In this document: positions 25,831 to 39,334 of the stretch, piece after piece
How positions within the stretch are numbered: the stretch's first letter is position 1
How the letters are laid out: each line of letters opens with the position of its first letter
Notes under the pieces: model-generated
Told to the model about the DNA's origin: nothing
Databases searched by the model: none
The model's input: only the letters and a program-made list of their open reading frames with translations
Program-made: the position numbers and the translations under genes
DNA from: Octopus vulgaris
Taxonomy: Eukaryota
NCBI GenBank assembly: GCA_951406725.2
Contig: OX597823.1
Coordinates: 51,336,001 to 51,400,000, forward strand
Reading direction: 5' to 3'
Length of the DNA: 64,000 nt

Positions 25831-26160
25831 AAGGCGCATGGCTCAGTGGTTAGAGCGTCGAGCTTACGATCGTGAGGTTGTGAGCTCGAATCCCGGACCG
25901 GGCTGCGTGTTGTGTTCTTGAGCAAAGCACTTTATTTCACGTTGCTCCAGTTCACTCAGCTGTAGAAATGAGTTGCGACGTCACTGGTGCCAAGCTGTAT
26001 CGACCTTTGTCTTTCCCTTGGATAACACTGGTGGCGTGGAGAGGGGAGGCTGGTATGCATGGGCGACTGCTGGTCTTCCATAAACAACCTTGCCCAGACT
26101 TGTGTCTAGGAGGGTAACTTTCTAGGTGCAATCCCATGGTCATTCATGACCGAAGGGGGT

Positions 26161-26165
<5 letters not shown>
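25830..26165 (+). mobile_element. tRNA-derived CORE-like SINE (family C head, distinct tail) inserted in (TA)n
   Basis: tggctcagtgg A box, gctcgaatcc B-box-like, gtgttcttgagcaaagcactttatttcacgttgctccagttcactcagctg; tail ctaggtgcaatcccatggtcattcatgaccgaaggggg. Confidence 0.88.
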
Positions 26166-26213
<48 letters not shown>

Positions 26214-26215
26214 TG

Positions 26216-26434
26216 TATGAGGGCTTGCTGAAAATTTCTTGGGTTTGGGTAAAAGAAAATACAGGAGGATCAGTTAATGATGATTTATTGAACATATCCC
26301 ACTCTCAAATTCACACACTTATTACAGCGGGCCTTCAGATTTTCTAATCCCTGTAAAAGAACTCGGAAGTTTGGGCTTGCAACCAGGCCTTTTGCGATAC
26401 CCTAAAAACCAGGAACTTTTCAGCGCCCCTCGTA
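26216..26434. mobile_element. Mariner-derived MITE, copy 2
   Basis: TIRs tatgagggcttgctgaaaatttcttgg / ccaggaacttttcagcgcccctcgta; colinear with 13323-13548. Confidence 0.85.
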
Positions 26435-29400
26435 CACACACATATATTTATTTGTGTGTGTAGATATGTATATATACGTATGTGTGTGCTTGTGCGCGTG
26501 TGCATATCTGTTCTTGTATGTTTGTATGTAAGTTATACATGATGATTGCCTTGCTTGTCAGTTGATAACCGTTTCACATTACGCTTGATTTTTTTTATAC
26601 TTTCATCCTTATATGTGCTCGGATATGACTTACACATATGCCCACGCCATTTGACTTTATAAAAATACAATTCATCTCAAGAAATGAAACTATAGCGAGA
26701 TATTTGTACGTCAATGGATTTAAGTCACTCGACATATTCTTCATAATTCCCAATAAACGAAATTTTACAGCTAGCCTTGCTAGTGACACAATGATTGTCT
26801 AGTTATTGATTTAACCTAGAACCAAAATTTGAATCAGATAGTTTCTTTAAAAATGTAACTTAAGTTGATAAGACTTTTCGTTTTCTACCCTTAATTATTT
26901 TAGCGGCAGTTCAATCCTGATCATGGAGACAAGCTGTAACCGTCCAGTCTTTTCATTTTCCAGATTTAGTATAATCAGAACTGGCTATATTTTCTTATAT
27001 GTTTTTTCCATGTTTTCACGTGTAACACGAGGGAAATATTTATTGCTATTTCTACCATCTTGATGTTCAATATCGAGTTTCTTACCTTGGCTCGTGAGAA
27101 TATTATTGTATATTTTAAAATATATTTCATTCTAAAAGTAGTACATACCAGCCTCCCTTATATTTGTCTCTTCACTGCATCTCTAAGGATGTAAGTATAC
27201 AAAAGAAATCAAGATCTCATCGTCGCTAACTTGTATCTAATTAAAATATGCTAACATACCCAGAAATATGCTGTACATATGTATAAACATACATATGCTT
27301 ACAACTCTGAATATGCCTTGAGTCGACCATTCGCTTTTCATTAATAACTGTGCACATTAGAATAAAATATATTGATAGCATATTGGATTAATTAATACAA
27401 ATTAGTAACAGGAATATTTAAATTTGCATTTACATCAGTGGATTAAAAATATCTTCAAATTCCTGGTTGGTAGATGTCACCAGTTTCTTTTGTGTTTCCA
27501 TTATTAAATACTTTATCTACATTTATATGGTCAGTCACCATGTTATTCTATATTATAAGGCATCTTTCAGTTTGAAAACTTATTTTACATAACGTTTCCC
27601 AAATGAAGGAGCGTTTAAATTTGTATAAAAACAGATGAGAATTTTCAAACAACATGTTCTACTTCTCGTTGTTTGATTGTTTGATCTTTAACAAGACAGA
27701 AACGACGCATTATTTGAAAAAGGATTTCCTCAGCTATTTCACCAACAAAAGAATAGGAAACATATTATTTGAATTTATTTAGTTTTCAAAGTATGGAAGG
27801 AAACACTTTAGGTGTAATAACTGTAAATCTTTCAGGAAGCCTTTCAGCAAACAATATATCAGAGTATATGACTGTTTTAATCCATAATCAGGTGCGTATA
27901 TCTTAAGAAATGTATTTAGACCTCACTCCTTTTGTTTTCAACTCTTTAACACTTCCGAATGATCAAATACTTATAGCAAACTTATCTCATTTCAAAGCTC
28001 ACTCCTTCAAAATTTCTACTTTACTTTCATTTTTGAATTCTTGCATATATGTTTCTGCCTTTTCTTACATTTACAACTAAGATAGAAATTTTCACAAATA
28101 CTTCCGGTACAACAAGAATTATGCTCATTGATCTACGCAACGGCGTCTATTATTTGTATTTCTGTTTCTTAAACTTATAATATTATACTTACATTTGCAA
28201 ATGAAATCTATTCTTTTCTCCTTTTTTTTTTTATTTTTCTATTATACATTACATTCCGTTTACAAAGAGAAGATATCGAATATGAGAAATTATACATCCT
28301 TGAGTATCTTTTAAATATTTAATCGAAATGCGTTAGAAGATATCAAATGAAGCCACGGAAATTTAATCTATAAGAAACAGACATCACATTCTTTTGGAAT
28401 AGCGTCAACAATTGAAATGTGAGCAAATATGTAACTTGAGCAGACATAAATTATCGACGATAAAGTACTTAATTTTCGTTCGTATACGCGCGTGCGTGTG
28501 CACTTGCGCGAGCGCGCACACACACAGGCACACACAAGCACAAACACGCACACATACAGATAGAGTCACTCACACATCTATATATTAACTAGTTTGCCTC
28601 TGTTTTTCCTTTTATTTCGCCCGGATATTAATTTGATTGCGTTTACTTCACATGAAAAACGTTTAAAACTCTCTTCAATCCGTCCACAAATTTATGGTAG
28701 AACATGATTATATTGATCTCTGTTTAAACAAAATTTGCGTCTTTTCAATAGACATAAGTCAACATATTTTAGGATTGGAATAGGATAGTTAGACAATGAT
28801 ATTTTTCCTTGAATAACGATGCGGACACGGTGAAATGCCATAGACTGCAGACCTAAATTAAGTTGCGATATTAATATAATTCTCCCTCAACAGTACTAAT
28901 CATTTTAACTAATAATTTTTTCTAACATTATTTATGTGTTACTTTTCCATTACTTTCTTCAAATCATATAATTTTTAGAAGAATAATGGAAAGATATAAA
29001 CTTCAGTAAAAAGAACTGTTGAAAAGAATGTGAAACTCATGCAAACGAGATATAATATATTAAACATTTCAGCTCTGATAAGAGTTTACGCAAGTTTTCC
29101 TGTGCTTATTAAATTCTTATCATAAAGAGTCAGCCATTATTATCTTCATGTTAACTTTTTTTTGTTATTGTCTTTGCCAAATAGGCAAACAAAATGCCAA
29201 ACTTTTAGTAGCGAAATAAATATAAAATAACAGAGATTTGTGAAAACTAGTAAATTTTAATATTGTAGCATAATAAAACACTAATGCCGGTCATCACATC
29301 TTGGAATTATCAAGGAATAAAAGAAAAGTAATCAAACGAACAAAGTTTCTCAACGTAGAGTAGCAATCGTTCATTAAAAAAACTGGACATTTTCCAAATG

Positions 29401-30050
29401 ACAAACACTAGATTTACTCCATTTTCAATGAAAATATAAGCATAGAAACCATATTTTTATATTTATATCATTTTAGTTGTGGTTTTAATGCCGAGATTGT
29501 AGGCTTTTAGCATGTAAATAACGAGACACCAAGTTGAAGCTAATTCATTTATTTTATGTTGATAGTATCCTAGAGAAAGATTTGTAAAATTACACATTTT
29601 TCTTCATTTTATAAGTTTGTATTTTAATTAATTATCAAGTTCATTGTAAGGGGAGAATGGAAGAATAGAATTTAGCTCTATATTTCTAAAATGTTTCAAA
29701 TCCACTGAAAGACAATTATTTGTTATATACTTGCCATTGTTTACACACATATCCATTTGAAAGTTTTTCCTGCAGGTACTATCCTAGAGTTGTGAAACTC
29801 ACCATCAAACACAACATCGTTAATGAGGAAGAGGCTTGACTAAGATTTAAAAACCGCTTATAATTTCCAAATAGCGTTTTAATAAGGAAACGATATCTCA
29901 TACCAAAACGAACTTGTGTAAGTGGCACAAGTTCAACCTTGTATTATAGTGATCGGCCCAAGGCAGATTTGAACAAAGAGAGTTAAAGAAGTGGACAGGA
30001 TACTAAGTGGTAAATAATTAGGTACATATCCATTAAAGGATATCAAGAGT

Positions 30051-30366
30051 GAAGGCGAGTGGCTTAGAGCTTAGGCTAATCGGCTCATGATCGTAAGGTT
30101 GTGAGTTCGATTAACGGCTGCGCGTTGTGCTCTTGAGCAAGACGCTTTGTTTCACGTTGCTCTAGTTCACCCAGCTATCAAAAATGAGTTGTACCTGTTA
30201 TTCAAAGGGCCGGACTTGTCACATGCTGTGTCACAGTGAATCTTCCTGAGAACTACAAAAAGGGTATGCGTCTCTGTGGAGTGCTCAGCCAGTTGCATAT
30301 TAATTTCACGAGCAGGCTGTTTTGTTGATCGGATTGACTGGAACCGTCGCAATCGACGGAGTGCCA
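30051..30366 (+). mobile_element. tRNA-derived CORE-like SINE family C
   Basis: Head with gagttcgatt, CORE-like block, tail gtgctcagcc...ttcacgagcaggctg...gacggagtgcca; homologous to 61595-61910 and 39335-39500. Confidence 0.88.
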
Positions 30367-30514
30367 ATATTTCAAAATGTATTATTTCTATTTTTTTTTA
30401 CACCTGCTCATGATTAAGGGTTCTATATCATTCTGTTTTAAAATATCACGAAATTGACTTGACTACATGAGCAGATAGCTTAGGAATGAGAATCCAGGTT
30501 CGAAATTTCTCCAA

Positions 30515-30560
30515 GACACCTGATGAAGGCTGGAGGGTATATCAGCCGAAACGTTGTGTT
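30515..30560 (+). ncRNA. Minimal type I hammerhead ribozyme motif (Penelope-type) in a short element at ~30478-30620
   Basis: gacac-CTGATGA-a-ggctg(gagggtatat)cagcc-GAAA-cg-TT-gtgtt: stem I 5 bp (one G-U), perfect 5-bp stem II, palindromic ACGT stem III. Confidence 0.75.
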
Positions 30561-31854
30561 AACAACAAACAAGATGAGGACAAGTATCCGTCAAATGTAA
30601 ATAACGTAAATAATATAAATCATATAGTTATATATCAGAATTTTAGATGTTGGCTTTGTTGTCATAATCACCTAAATCAATCTCTCCTCCATATTTCAAT
30701 TAAAGCTTTAATCAATTTAAAATTCGGAGTTGTCTGCTTGCCTTTCTTGACAAAAATTATCGTTAATGCTCACGATTTATTGTTATAGGCATAATTATAA
30801 CTGATTATATATTGTAAGTCATGACTTTATATATCTCGGTCCCCACTTCACTATATTCCTTAGGTATTTTGTTGGTTGTATTTTTACTGACTACATCTTT
30901 TAAAACATTCATTTCAGAATTCTGATTAGGCTTATCGTTTATTTATATGAATGTTAATTCTCATGTGTAACCGAATTTCTTTAGCTGTAGTTCAAATTCT
31001 TTTCAAAACACCAAAATCTTTGCAAATATATCCCTTATATTTAAATCGGCTTTGAAAGATGGAAGCAAGTTTGAAAATCTATTTAAATTTACATGAACCT
31101 CTAATAAATTCATAGACACTGTATTTTCCATCATCAAGTGTCTGTTGACATTTTACTGTGAAATGACTAACCTTTAATTGAAGACATACATACAGGCTGA
31201 AAAATAATTGCTTTATTTATTAACGCTTCTATTTCGAGAGAAAAAAAACTGTGAAGATCCGTTTAACAGATGTTCTGTAAAAGGAACGCAAAAATGAAAG
31301 CAAAAGTAATGGTTGATGTATAACTTACCTTCTAAACTAGGCAAATTACGAGAAAGAAAAAGCTATTAATTGCTTTGTAAATGCAAATATACAGAGAAAA
31401 AAGTCAGCTTCACAAGTACTTTTCAGAGGTAATGAAGGCTGTTTCCTGCCAATAAATGTCACTCAACTGGAACAGCAATAGTGACTAAAGAAACTATGGA
31501 GAAAAACGATTAGCTTCTGGTTTAGGAATCAATATTACATGGAAGGATTTGGATGGAATTACATGATTTGTCCATTATCGACGAGTACTTTTTGGACATC
31601 GACAGGGAAATTGTTGCAAGTGATAATAAATTTCAGAGATTGTTTGAGTGTCCATAGGGTGTGCTATATACAAGTGTAAAAAAGGATAATGTGGATAAGT
31701 CAGCCTTGTTTCTGACACGACTTATTAGAACTCTCACAGAAAACTTCAACAGTACTACTTTAAAATAGAATACGGTAAATTCATTTCGGTAAAGCAGGAC
31801 AATATTTAGTTTGTTATACAAACTCTCAAAATGGTATTATTATATAAATCAAAA

Positions 31855-32060
31855 AGGCAGCGAGCTAACTGAATCATTGACATGTCGGACAAGTTGCTTA
31901 GCAGTATTTCTTCCCCTATTTACGTTTTGGGTTCAAATTCCGTCGTTCATATTTTCGAGAACGATAAAATAAGTATTATTTGGGCACTGGAGGTCAATGT
32001 TATGGAATAGAACCTCCCGCAAAATGTCGAGCCTTGTTCCTATAGTAAGAAGAATTATTA
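31855..32060 (+). mobile_element. SINE family A, diverged
   Basis: aggcagcgagct...ttcaaattccg...gccttgttcctatagtaagaagaattatt. Confidence 0.7.
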
Positions 32061-32164
32061 GACAAAGTAATCGGAATTAATAGATTTTATTTAGATTTAG
32101 TCGAAATAAGTTTTGTTGTTAGTTACAAGGATTTCCAGGTTTTAAAGCAATATCTATGTATAAG

Positions 32165-32296
32165 CGCAGCCACTACTAAATGCTAAGAAATTTGCTGCCT
32201 AACCACATGGTTTCTAGTTCAGTCTCATCTGTGACATCTTGGGCAAGTGTTTTCTGCTATAGCCCGGGTCGACCAAAACTTCGTAAGTGGATTTGA

Positions 32297-32327
<31 letters not shown>

Positions 32328-32575
32328 CATATATATAATATCAATGTGCATGTGTCTGCTTGTGTTTCCCCTCCACCACCGCTTGACCACCAAAGTTGGT
32401 ATGTTTATGCCCCCGTAACCTAGTGTTTCAGCTAAAGAGACCGATAGAATGAGTACCAGGCTAAAGAAAACAAAAGTAAAAGTACTAGGGTCGATTCCTT
32501 TGACTAAAATTCATCAAGATGGTGTTCCCTCATCATGGCCGCAGTCTAATGACTGAAACAAGTAAAAGGTAAAGG
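32165..32575 (+). mobile_element. SINE family B, near full length
   Basis: aaccacatgg...cttgggcaagtg...internal (TG)(TA)n...catggccgcagtctaatgactgaaacaagtaaaag. Confidence 0.85.
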
Positions 32576-33084
32576 ATATTTTTGAAATCTTGAACCGGGA
32601 AAAATTTAAGGTCTGTATGGATTGTAACGCAATAATTAATACCACTACATTTTTGCTTTCTTCATACTAAATTGTCGAAGTGAGTACTGAGATACGAATG
32701 AAAATTAAGTTTCATAGAATTTTCAGATCTTTTTTTTCCACATATGAAATTCAGTTTAACCCTCTTGCGAAACTCGGCCCATGTGGTACAAGCTGAAAGG
32801 ATTCTGAGACTGATAGGCTATAATGCTTCAAAACATTTGTTTCATCGGGCCGATGTTTTGAAGTTGAAGCCTTTCAGTAGATATAATATAAAACTATATA
32901 ATATATATAGTTTTACATACTAACAAAGTAGTTATCGGCACTTTATCTTTTGTTCTTTATTGGTTCTAATATTGTTCCTGCCAAGTTAATAAGATAGTTT
33001 CTATTTCATTTTGAGAATCAGTGTAATTGGCTTTTCTTTTTCAACAAAACTAAAAATACAGACCACCGGTTAAAAGATATATCA

Positions 33085-33685
33085 TGCCTATGTAGTAAGA
33101 AGCTTGTTTCCCAACTACATGGTTCCACTGCGTAGCACTTTGGGTAAGTGTCTTCTACTATAGCTTCGGGCCGAGCTGGCAGAAGCGTGAGTATGCCGGG
33201 TGAAATGCTTAGCAGTATATCGTCTGCCGCTACGTTCTGAGTTCAAATTCCGCTGAGGTCGACTTTGCCTTTCTTCCTTTCGGGGTTGACAAATTAAGTA
33301 CCAGTTACGCACTGAAGTCGATGTAATCGATTTAATCCGTTTGTCTGTCCTTGTTTGTCCCCTCTATGTTTAGCTCCTTGTAGGCAATAAAGAAATAAGA
33401 AACTGAAAGGAGCCCGTCTTATAATTATATATATATGAATCCATGTATATTTCTGTATGTGCGTCATTTTGTCTGTGTTTGTCCCCTCACCATCACTTGA
33501 CAAGCGATGTTGGTGTGTTTACGTCCCCGTAACTTAGCGGTTCCGCAAAAGAAACTGATAGAATATGTACTAGGCTTACAAAGAATAAATCTTTGGGTCG
33601 ATTTTATCGTCTGAAACCCTTTAAAACGGTACTCCAGCATGACCGCAGTCAAATGCCTGAAACCTGTAAACGAATAAACGAATAA
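33085..33685 (+). mobile_element. SINE family B with a family A copy nested at ~33172-33398
   Basis: B sequence breaks at ctatagcttcgggccga, continues as gctggcagaagc...aaagaaataa, then B resumes at gaaactgaaaggagcccgtc. Confidence 0.85.
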
Positions 33686-33769
33686 CTATCCAAACGAGCA
33701 AGTAATTGACTTTATCTGTACTAGTGTATGGAAGAAATACACAATAGTGTTAATATTAGTATATGGCAA

Positions 33770-34200
33770 GGAGGCGAGCTGGCACGATTGTTACGACGCC
33801 GGGTAAAATGCATAGTGGCATTTCGTCCGTCTTTATGTTCCGGGTTCAAATGCCGCTGAAGACTTTACCTTTCATTCTTTCGAGATCGATATAATACGTA
33901 TCACTTGAGAATTGGAGTCGATGTAATTGATACACCCCTTCTCTGAAATTGCTGGCCTTGTGTCGAAATTTGAAACTAGTATAAGTAAATCGCTAAGGCA
34001 GCGAGCTGGTAGAATCTTTAGCATGCGGGGGAAAATGCTTTGTGGCATTCTTTTCTGATTTCGAATTCCGCCTGGTCTACTTTGCCTTTCATCCTTTCGG
34101 GGTCAATGAAATTAGTAAAAACTGAGTACTGGAGTCGATGTAATCGACTTACCCACTCACCTGAAATTGCTGACCTTGTGCCAAAATTTGAAACCAATAT
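33770..34200 (+). mobile_element. Two tandem SINE family A copies
   Basis: Two gcgagctgg heads, each ending gaaattgctg(g/a)ccttgtg...aaatttgaaac. Confidence 0.85.
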
Positions 34201-34925
34201 TAGTATATAGCAATAGTATCACAATTTGTTCTGTCTAAGTCTACTGGTTAACGATGAACTATTTTCAATTTTAACGCGGACATCAAATATGTTCCTTTCA
34301 CTCAAAATACGAAGTTTTCCACATTTCTGTAATGTTACCTGTAAATAAGTGTAATTATTTATATCATTAAAAACATTTATGGAAAATTCTTTACTTTGGA
34401 GAGCTGAATTAGAAAACGTTCAGTGAATGTTGAGTGAGGAAAGTGAGGATTCCTTCAGGCTCCCTAACTTAAACAAAGCCAATGAAATGTATGAAAATGC
34501 CAAGTTGTGTTCTATGATCCCTGAGACTGGATTCACAGTATTAATGACTTGTATTACAAAGAATCCGAGTATGGTTCCAAACTACCTGATAACTGACTCA
34601 CTGAAAAATTGAATTCCGCGGGAGTAAAAGCACCATAATATTTTTGTATTTTTTGTTTAATCCATATTAAATATATTCATCAGTTTGATTTTCTTGTCGA
34701 ATTATCCTCTTTAATGGCACGTTGTATCTATATAGGTCCAGATGTGGTTGTGTGATGAAAAGTTTGTTTTGCAACTACATGGTTTCGGGTTGCCTTCCAC
34801 TATTGCCTCGGACCAACCACAGCCTTGAAAGGATTTGGTAAACGAAAGCTGAAAGAACCATCATGGTCCAATGACTGAAAAGAAAAAGGTGTGTGTGTGT
34901 GCATGCGTGTATGTATATATATATA

Positions 34926-36235
34926 TATTGGATCATCCCATAATTAATGGGGATTTTTTCATACTTCTTTTATCTTTTAAAATTAAGATAAACAAAGTTA
35001 TTTTTTAATCGAAAATATACTCCACTTGATTTTCTACAATGCTCTTCCATCTATCTGGTAGACTTTCAAGGCCCCTCTTCCAAAATTCACTTGTCCGTGA
35101 TGAAAAATACTCCTCCAGTACTGCTCTAACCTCATCTACAGAATTCATATTTTTTCCATCTAAATGATTTTGAAGATTGCAGAATAAATGATAATCAAAT
35201 AGGGCAATGCTTGGCGAAAATGGTTGGTGGGGTATCGTTTCCCATTCAAACTCCTCCAGCATTAGGAATGTCATCCTCGCTGTATATGACCGAGCATTAT
35301 CCTGATGTAAGAACACATTTCGTCTTGAAACCAAAGATGTTCGCTTTTCTTCTAGTGCTGACTTAAGCTGCTCAAGCTGCTCACAGTAGATTTCCTCTGT
35401 TAGCGTTTGGTTTAGGTTTAAGAGTTCAAAGTGGACTACCTCTTTCAGAGCCCACCAAACAGATAACAACACCTTACATAGTTGAAGACCTTCTTTAGCT
35501 TGGGGTGGCGGTGTTTCTCGTTTCCCTACCCACTGTCTTCGGCGCTTAAAAAATTTTTTATAGAGAACCCATTTCTCATCACTAGTCACTATTCTATCAA
35601 AAAATAAAAAGGGTCATTCATGAGACGTCACAGCAAAGAATAACACATATTCACTCTCTGCGCGCGATTAGACTCGGAAAGTTTGTGAGGAATTCATTGA
35701 CCCGATTCGCAGATTTCTCCGATGGCATCTAAGTGTCGATGAATGGCTGAATGACAAAATCCAAGTTTCTCTGCTAGTTCCTCAACAGTTACGATGGGAT
35801 TTTGTTTCACCGGGGTTGGCAGGACGTCCTCGTCTAAATTTACAGATCTTCCAGAACGAGGTGCGTATTCTAGGCTGTGGTTTCCAGCTCGAAATTTTGG
35901 GAACCACAGTTGACACTGGCTTACGCTTATTGTGAGATCCCTATATAATGCATTAATATTCCTCGCACTTTCTGTTGCGTTGTTGTCTGTATTGAACTCA
36001 TAAAGCAAAATATGCCGACTATAATCCTTTGTCACTTCCATTATAGGTTTGTAAAAATAGCTGTTAAAATCGAAATGCACTCTTCGAAACTAAGAATAAA
36101 TACAATGTAAAAAAATTAGTACCTGCATTTATAGTAAGTTTATACAGGTAGTTTATCCCGTCCCCACCAATTTTTAGTTCATGCATTTGAAAAAGCCGCA
36201 TTATTTGTATATATATATATATATCTAAGCCAATA
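34926..36235 (-). mobile_element. Full-length decayed mariner (~1.31 kb)
   Basis: TIR tattggatcatcccataattaatgggattttttc; opposite TIR gaaaaagccgcattatttg...ccaata disrupted by (TA)n; transposase inside. Confidence 0.9.
35005..36041 (-). pseudogene. Mariner DD34D transposase, frameshifted (cecropia/Hsmar1-like)
   Basis: MEVTKDYSRHILLYEF helix-turn-helix region, PRSGRS, TSDEKWVLY, LHQDNARSY, PFSPSIALFDYHLF, LPDRWKSIVENQVEY; frame breaks between ~35590 and ~35700. Confidence 0.93.
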
Positions 36236-37022
36236 CAAGGAAAACATAATATTATATTATGGTATATTCTTATAATAATATAATATAATATATAAGCAAT
36301 AAATATCAAATACAAATTACATATAATTCTTTCGCTTGTTGCCCATACTAAGATCATAATAATTCATGTTTGTGGATAAGAATCTCTTCAGAGTAATATT
36401 TGATATATGAAGAGTTGCAGATCCTAAACTAGATTGAATTGACTAGAGAGGATAAACTATTTTAAATACATCATTTTGCTATTTACCCATAGACAAATAT
36501 TGTATTGTTATTATAATAATATGTATTTTTAATAGTATGAAAGAATAAAAGAGATATTTCTCATTTCCCGATTTTTAAAAAAATATTGTTCCTGGTATTT
36601 AGAAAAACTAATGCGCTAAAATGATTAAAATTCTTAATAGTATACAAATATATTTTATGACCAGTGTATTAGTTTACTTTTCATATTTTTTATCTTTGAT
36701 TTTGTTTATGATTATCGACGCTCACGCTTGTAAGCATAAATTCAGTCGTTTGAGGGTGGGGGTGAATCTGTAACTCCTCATATATCAAACATTACACTGA
36801 AGAGAATCTTTCCCACAAACATGGATTTTTATAATTTTATGATGTGTAACAATCGAAAGAATTGCATGTAATTTGTATTTAATGTTTATTTATTATACTA
36901 TATCATAAGAATATACTATAGTATTATGTTAATATATATATATATAATGCATATACACAATATATATATATATATATATATATGTATTTATATATATATA
37001 TAATATATATATATTATCTTAT

Positions 37023-37052
37023 TTGCTGAAGAAATCTGAAACCTAGGTATAA
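37023..37052 (+). ncRNA. Minimal type I hammerhead ribozyme-like motif next to (TA)n
   Basis: ttg-CTGAAGA-aatct-GAAA-cctagg-TA-taa; palindromic ACCTAGGT stem III, GUA triplet; stems I and II very short. Confidence 0.5.
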
Positions 37053-38667
37053 CCGTAAAAATAACAAAGTAAAAATTTATATTTTTCATTCCTTTCGAAA
37101 ATTGCTCTTAAATGTGGTTTTGGTCGTTTTGACTGCTTCTTCTAGCGTGTAAAAATTACCCGTTAAAGGTAGTTTTCTCTTGTGCTTAAATGTACACTAT
37201 TTTATATTGAGAATATGTATACACACACGCACACACAGACCGTGAAGATTCAGTAAGACAGTTGCTAAGGAGAATATATTTTGGGTCATGTATGTGAATA
37301 CATATATATATGTAAGTATGTATGTGTGTATGTATGTATATAAATATATATATAAGTGTGTGTGTGTATGTATATCCAGAAGTATATATGTATATGTACG
37401 TGTGTGCGCGCGCGTATAAATATGTGTCTAAGTATATGGATGCATGTATATGAATATTATATAGATACTTAAGAATACTCACAATCATGCGTGTATAATT
37501 CATCTACGTACGGTTACGCGTGCACGCACGCACTCGCAAACACTTATTCAAACATAGATATATATATGCAAGTGCACGCGCAAAAGCAAGTGTTTGTGCC
37601 AGTGTTAAACTGAGTTGTAGGTAGGTAGGTAGAGGGGAAATGAAGCGGCGCAGTACATACAGCGTAAGCAAATCATTTAATGTAAGACATTTTCTCAGCG
37701 TACATTACCTATCACTGTTTTCGCTCTGCGTGAAACGAAGCTTTTATTTAACAGCCGATCTTCAGGACTAAGAAAGAAAAAAAAAAAGAAAAATGAAAAA
37801 AAATATATATAGCATATGTGGGTTTAAAACGCAGCAAGTATTGATTTGTCTTGACACCGGTGGCTTGCTGCTTTATTTGTATAGGCAATTCGTAGGTAAA
37901 ATTATCAATGCAGGTGCCATTAAAGGAAAGACCTTTTGTACATGTATCGTAGCTATTGATTAGATTAATGTAAACAAATGAGACTCTAGAGCAAAACTGG
38001 CAAGCATTATTGATAGCTATTGTGTTCTTCAGTAAGATACTGGACATAGATGGTCAAAAAGCGGTGTGGTGCTACTCGCTGACGGTCGAATGCTCAATAA
38101 CAACTGGTATGATGGAAAAATATTAGTTTCTTTTGACTAGGCACATAGCCAAATTTAGTATGTAAAGTAAAAATTTAATGAACATATATCGTCATATGAC
38201 AATGGATAAATCGAATGTGCTTACCTATCAGTTTCTTCTCGTACAGGCAGAAGGCCAATTTTGACATATCCAGTATGTACATCTTTGTATATTCATAAAT
38301 ATTTGCCTATCCGATTATTCATCCTATTTATCTAATCGTCAAGTTACGGTTTTATAAAGACAGAGTAAGAGAGAGAGAGTGAGAGAGAGATAATGTGTGT
38401 GTGTATGTAGTGGGGATTAGGAGTGATTGAATAATAGATTGAGAAAACGACAACTCGACCCTGCAGTTTGCACCCGTAAATTTATAAACAAGCTAGAACA
38501 GGAAGACAGACAGGAGAATACACATACATAGACTTGTGCACGCACACACATTTATATCTTTACTACATGCAAAAATAACATTAAAGGCATTGTTATTGTT
38601 AGAGGATCCAAAGCCAGAGACTCCAGTCACGTTACAATAATACTGCGAATAATATTTACCCGAATAA

Positions 38668-38880
38668 GACGGCGAACTGGCAAAATCGTTACAACGCCGG
38701 CAAACGTGGTTTAGTGGCATTTCTTCTTACTTTACATTCTGAGTTCAAATGCCGCCGAGGTCGACTTTTGCTTTACAACTTTTCAGGATCGATAAAAGAA
38801 GTACCAATTGAATACTGGGGTCGATGTACGGGACTTAACCCTGTCCCCGTAGTTACAGACCACGGCCCCAAATTTTAAAC
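38668..38880 (+). mobile_element. SINE family A
   Basis: gacggcgaactggcaaaatcgtt...gagttcaaatgccgccgaggtcgacttt. Confidence 0.8.
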
Positions 38881-39157
38881 CTACCTTCGAACGCGGAGTA
38901 GATGAAACAGGGACAACTGAAGAAGGTGAATATTCTTTATGTTGTATGTCTCGTTTCTCTGTTTGTTTGTTTTTTCGTTGTTCGAAAACAAGTTCGTTTC
39001 TATGTTTGTATGTATGTATATATTTACGGGGCTGCACTGACAATCAGCTGGCAAAAGATCTGTTTGGGCTTAAACTGGTAGTAACATTGAACAGATACTT
39101 TGATGTGGCGATTAACTACTTATATATATGTATATAATATATATATATATATATATA

Positions 39158-39332
39158 TATGAGGGAGAGTCAAAAACTATACGCACTCTTGTTTTTTTTT
39201 TAATGTATTTACACAAAACAGAGGATAAACAAGTACGTCGTTTTTCTATATAGTCTCCTTCCTTTTTAATGCACTTGGTTCAGCGATCCACACAATTGCG
39301 TGTCCTTTCCAAGAAGAAGGCATTCAATCGGT
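39158..39332 (-). mobile_element. Mariner 3'-end remnant with TIR
   Basis: TIR-like tatgagggagagtcaaaaa; minus-strand translation VDR*TKCIKKEGDYIEK. Confidence 0.75.
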
Positions 39333-39334
39333 TA

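Noticed and set aside
25830-25905. tRNA-like sequence with A and B boxes
   Set aside because: It is the head of a SINE: it continues into the CORE-like body and lacks a proper acceptor stem
37826-37875. gcagcaag...cttgctgc hairpin as a possible pre-miRNA
   Set aside because: Too short, with a weak inner stem and tiny loop; no known mature sequence recognised
38885-38945. CTGAAGA motif in a TC-rich fragment after a SINE
   Set aside because: No downstream GAAA or stem III
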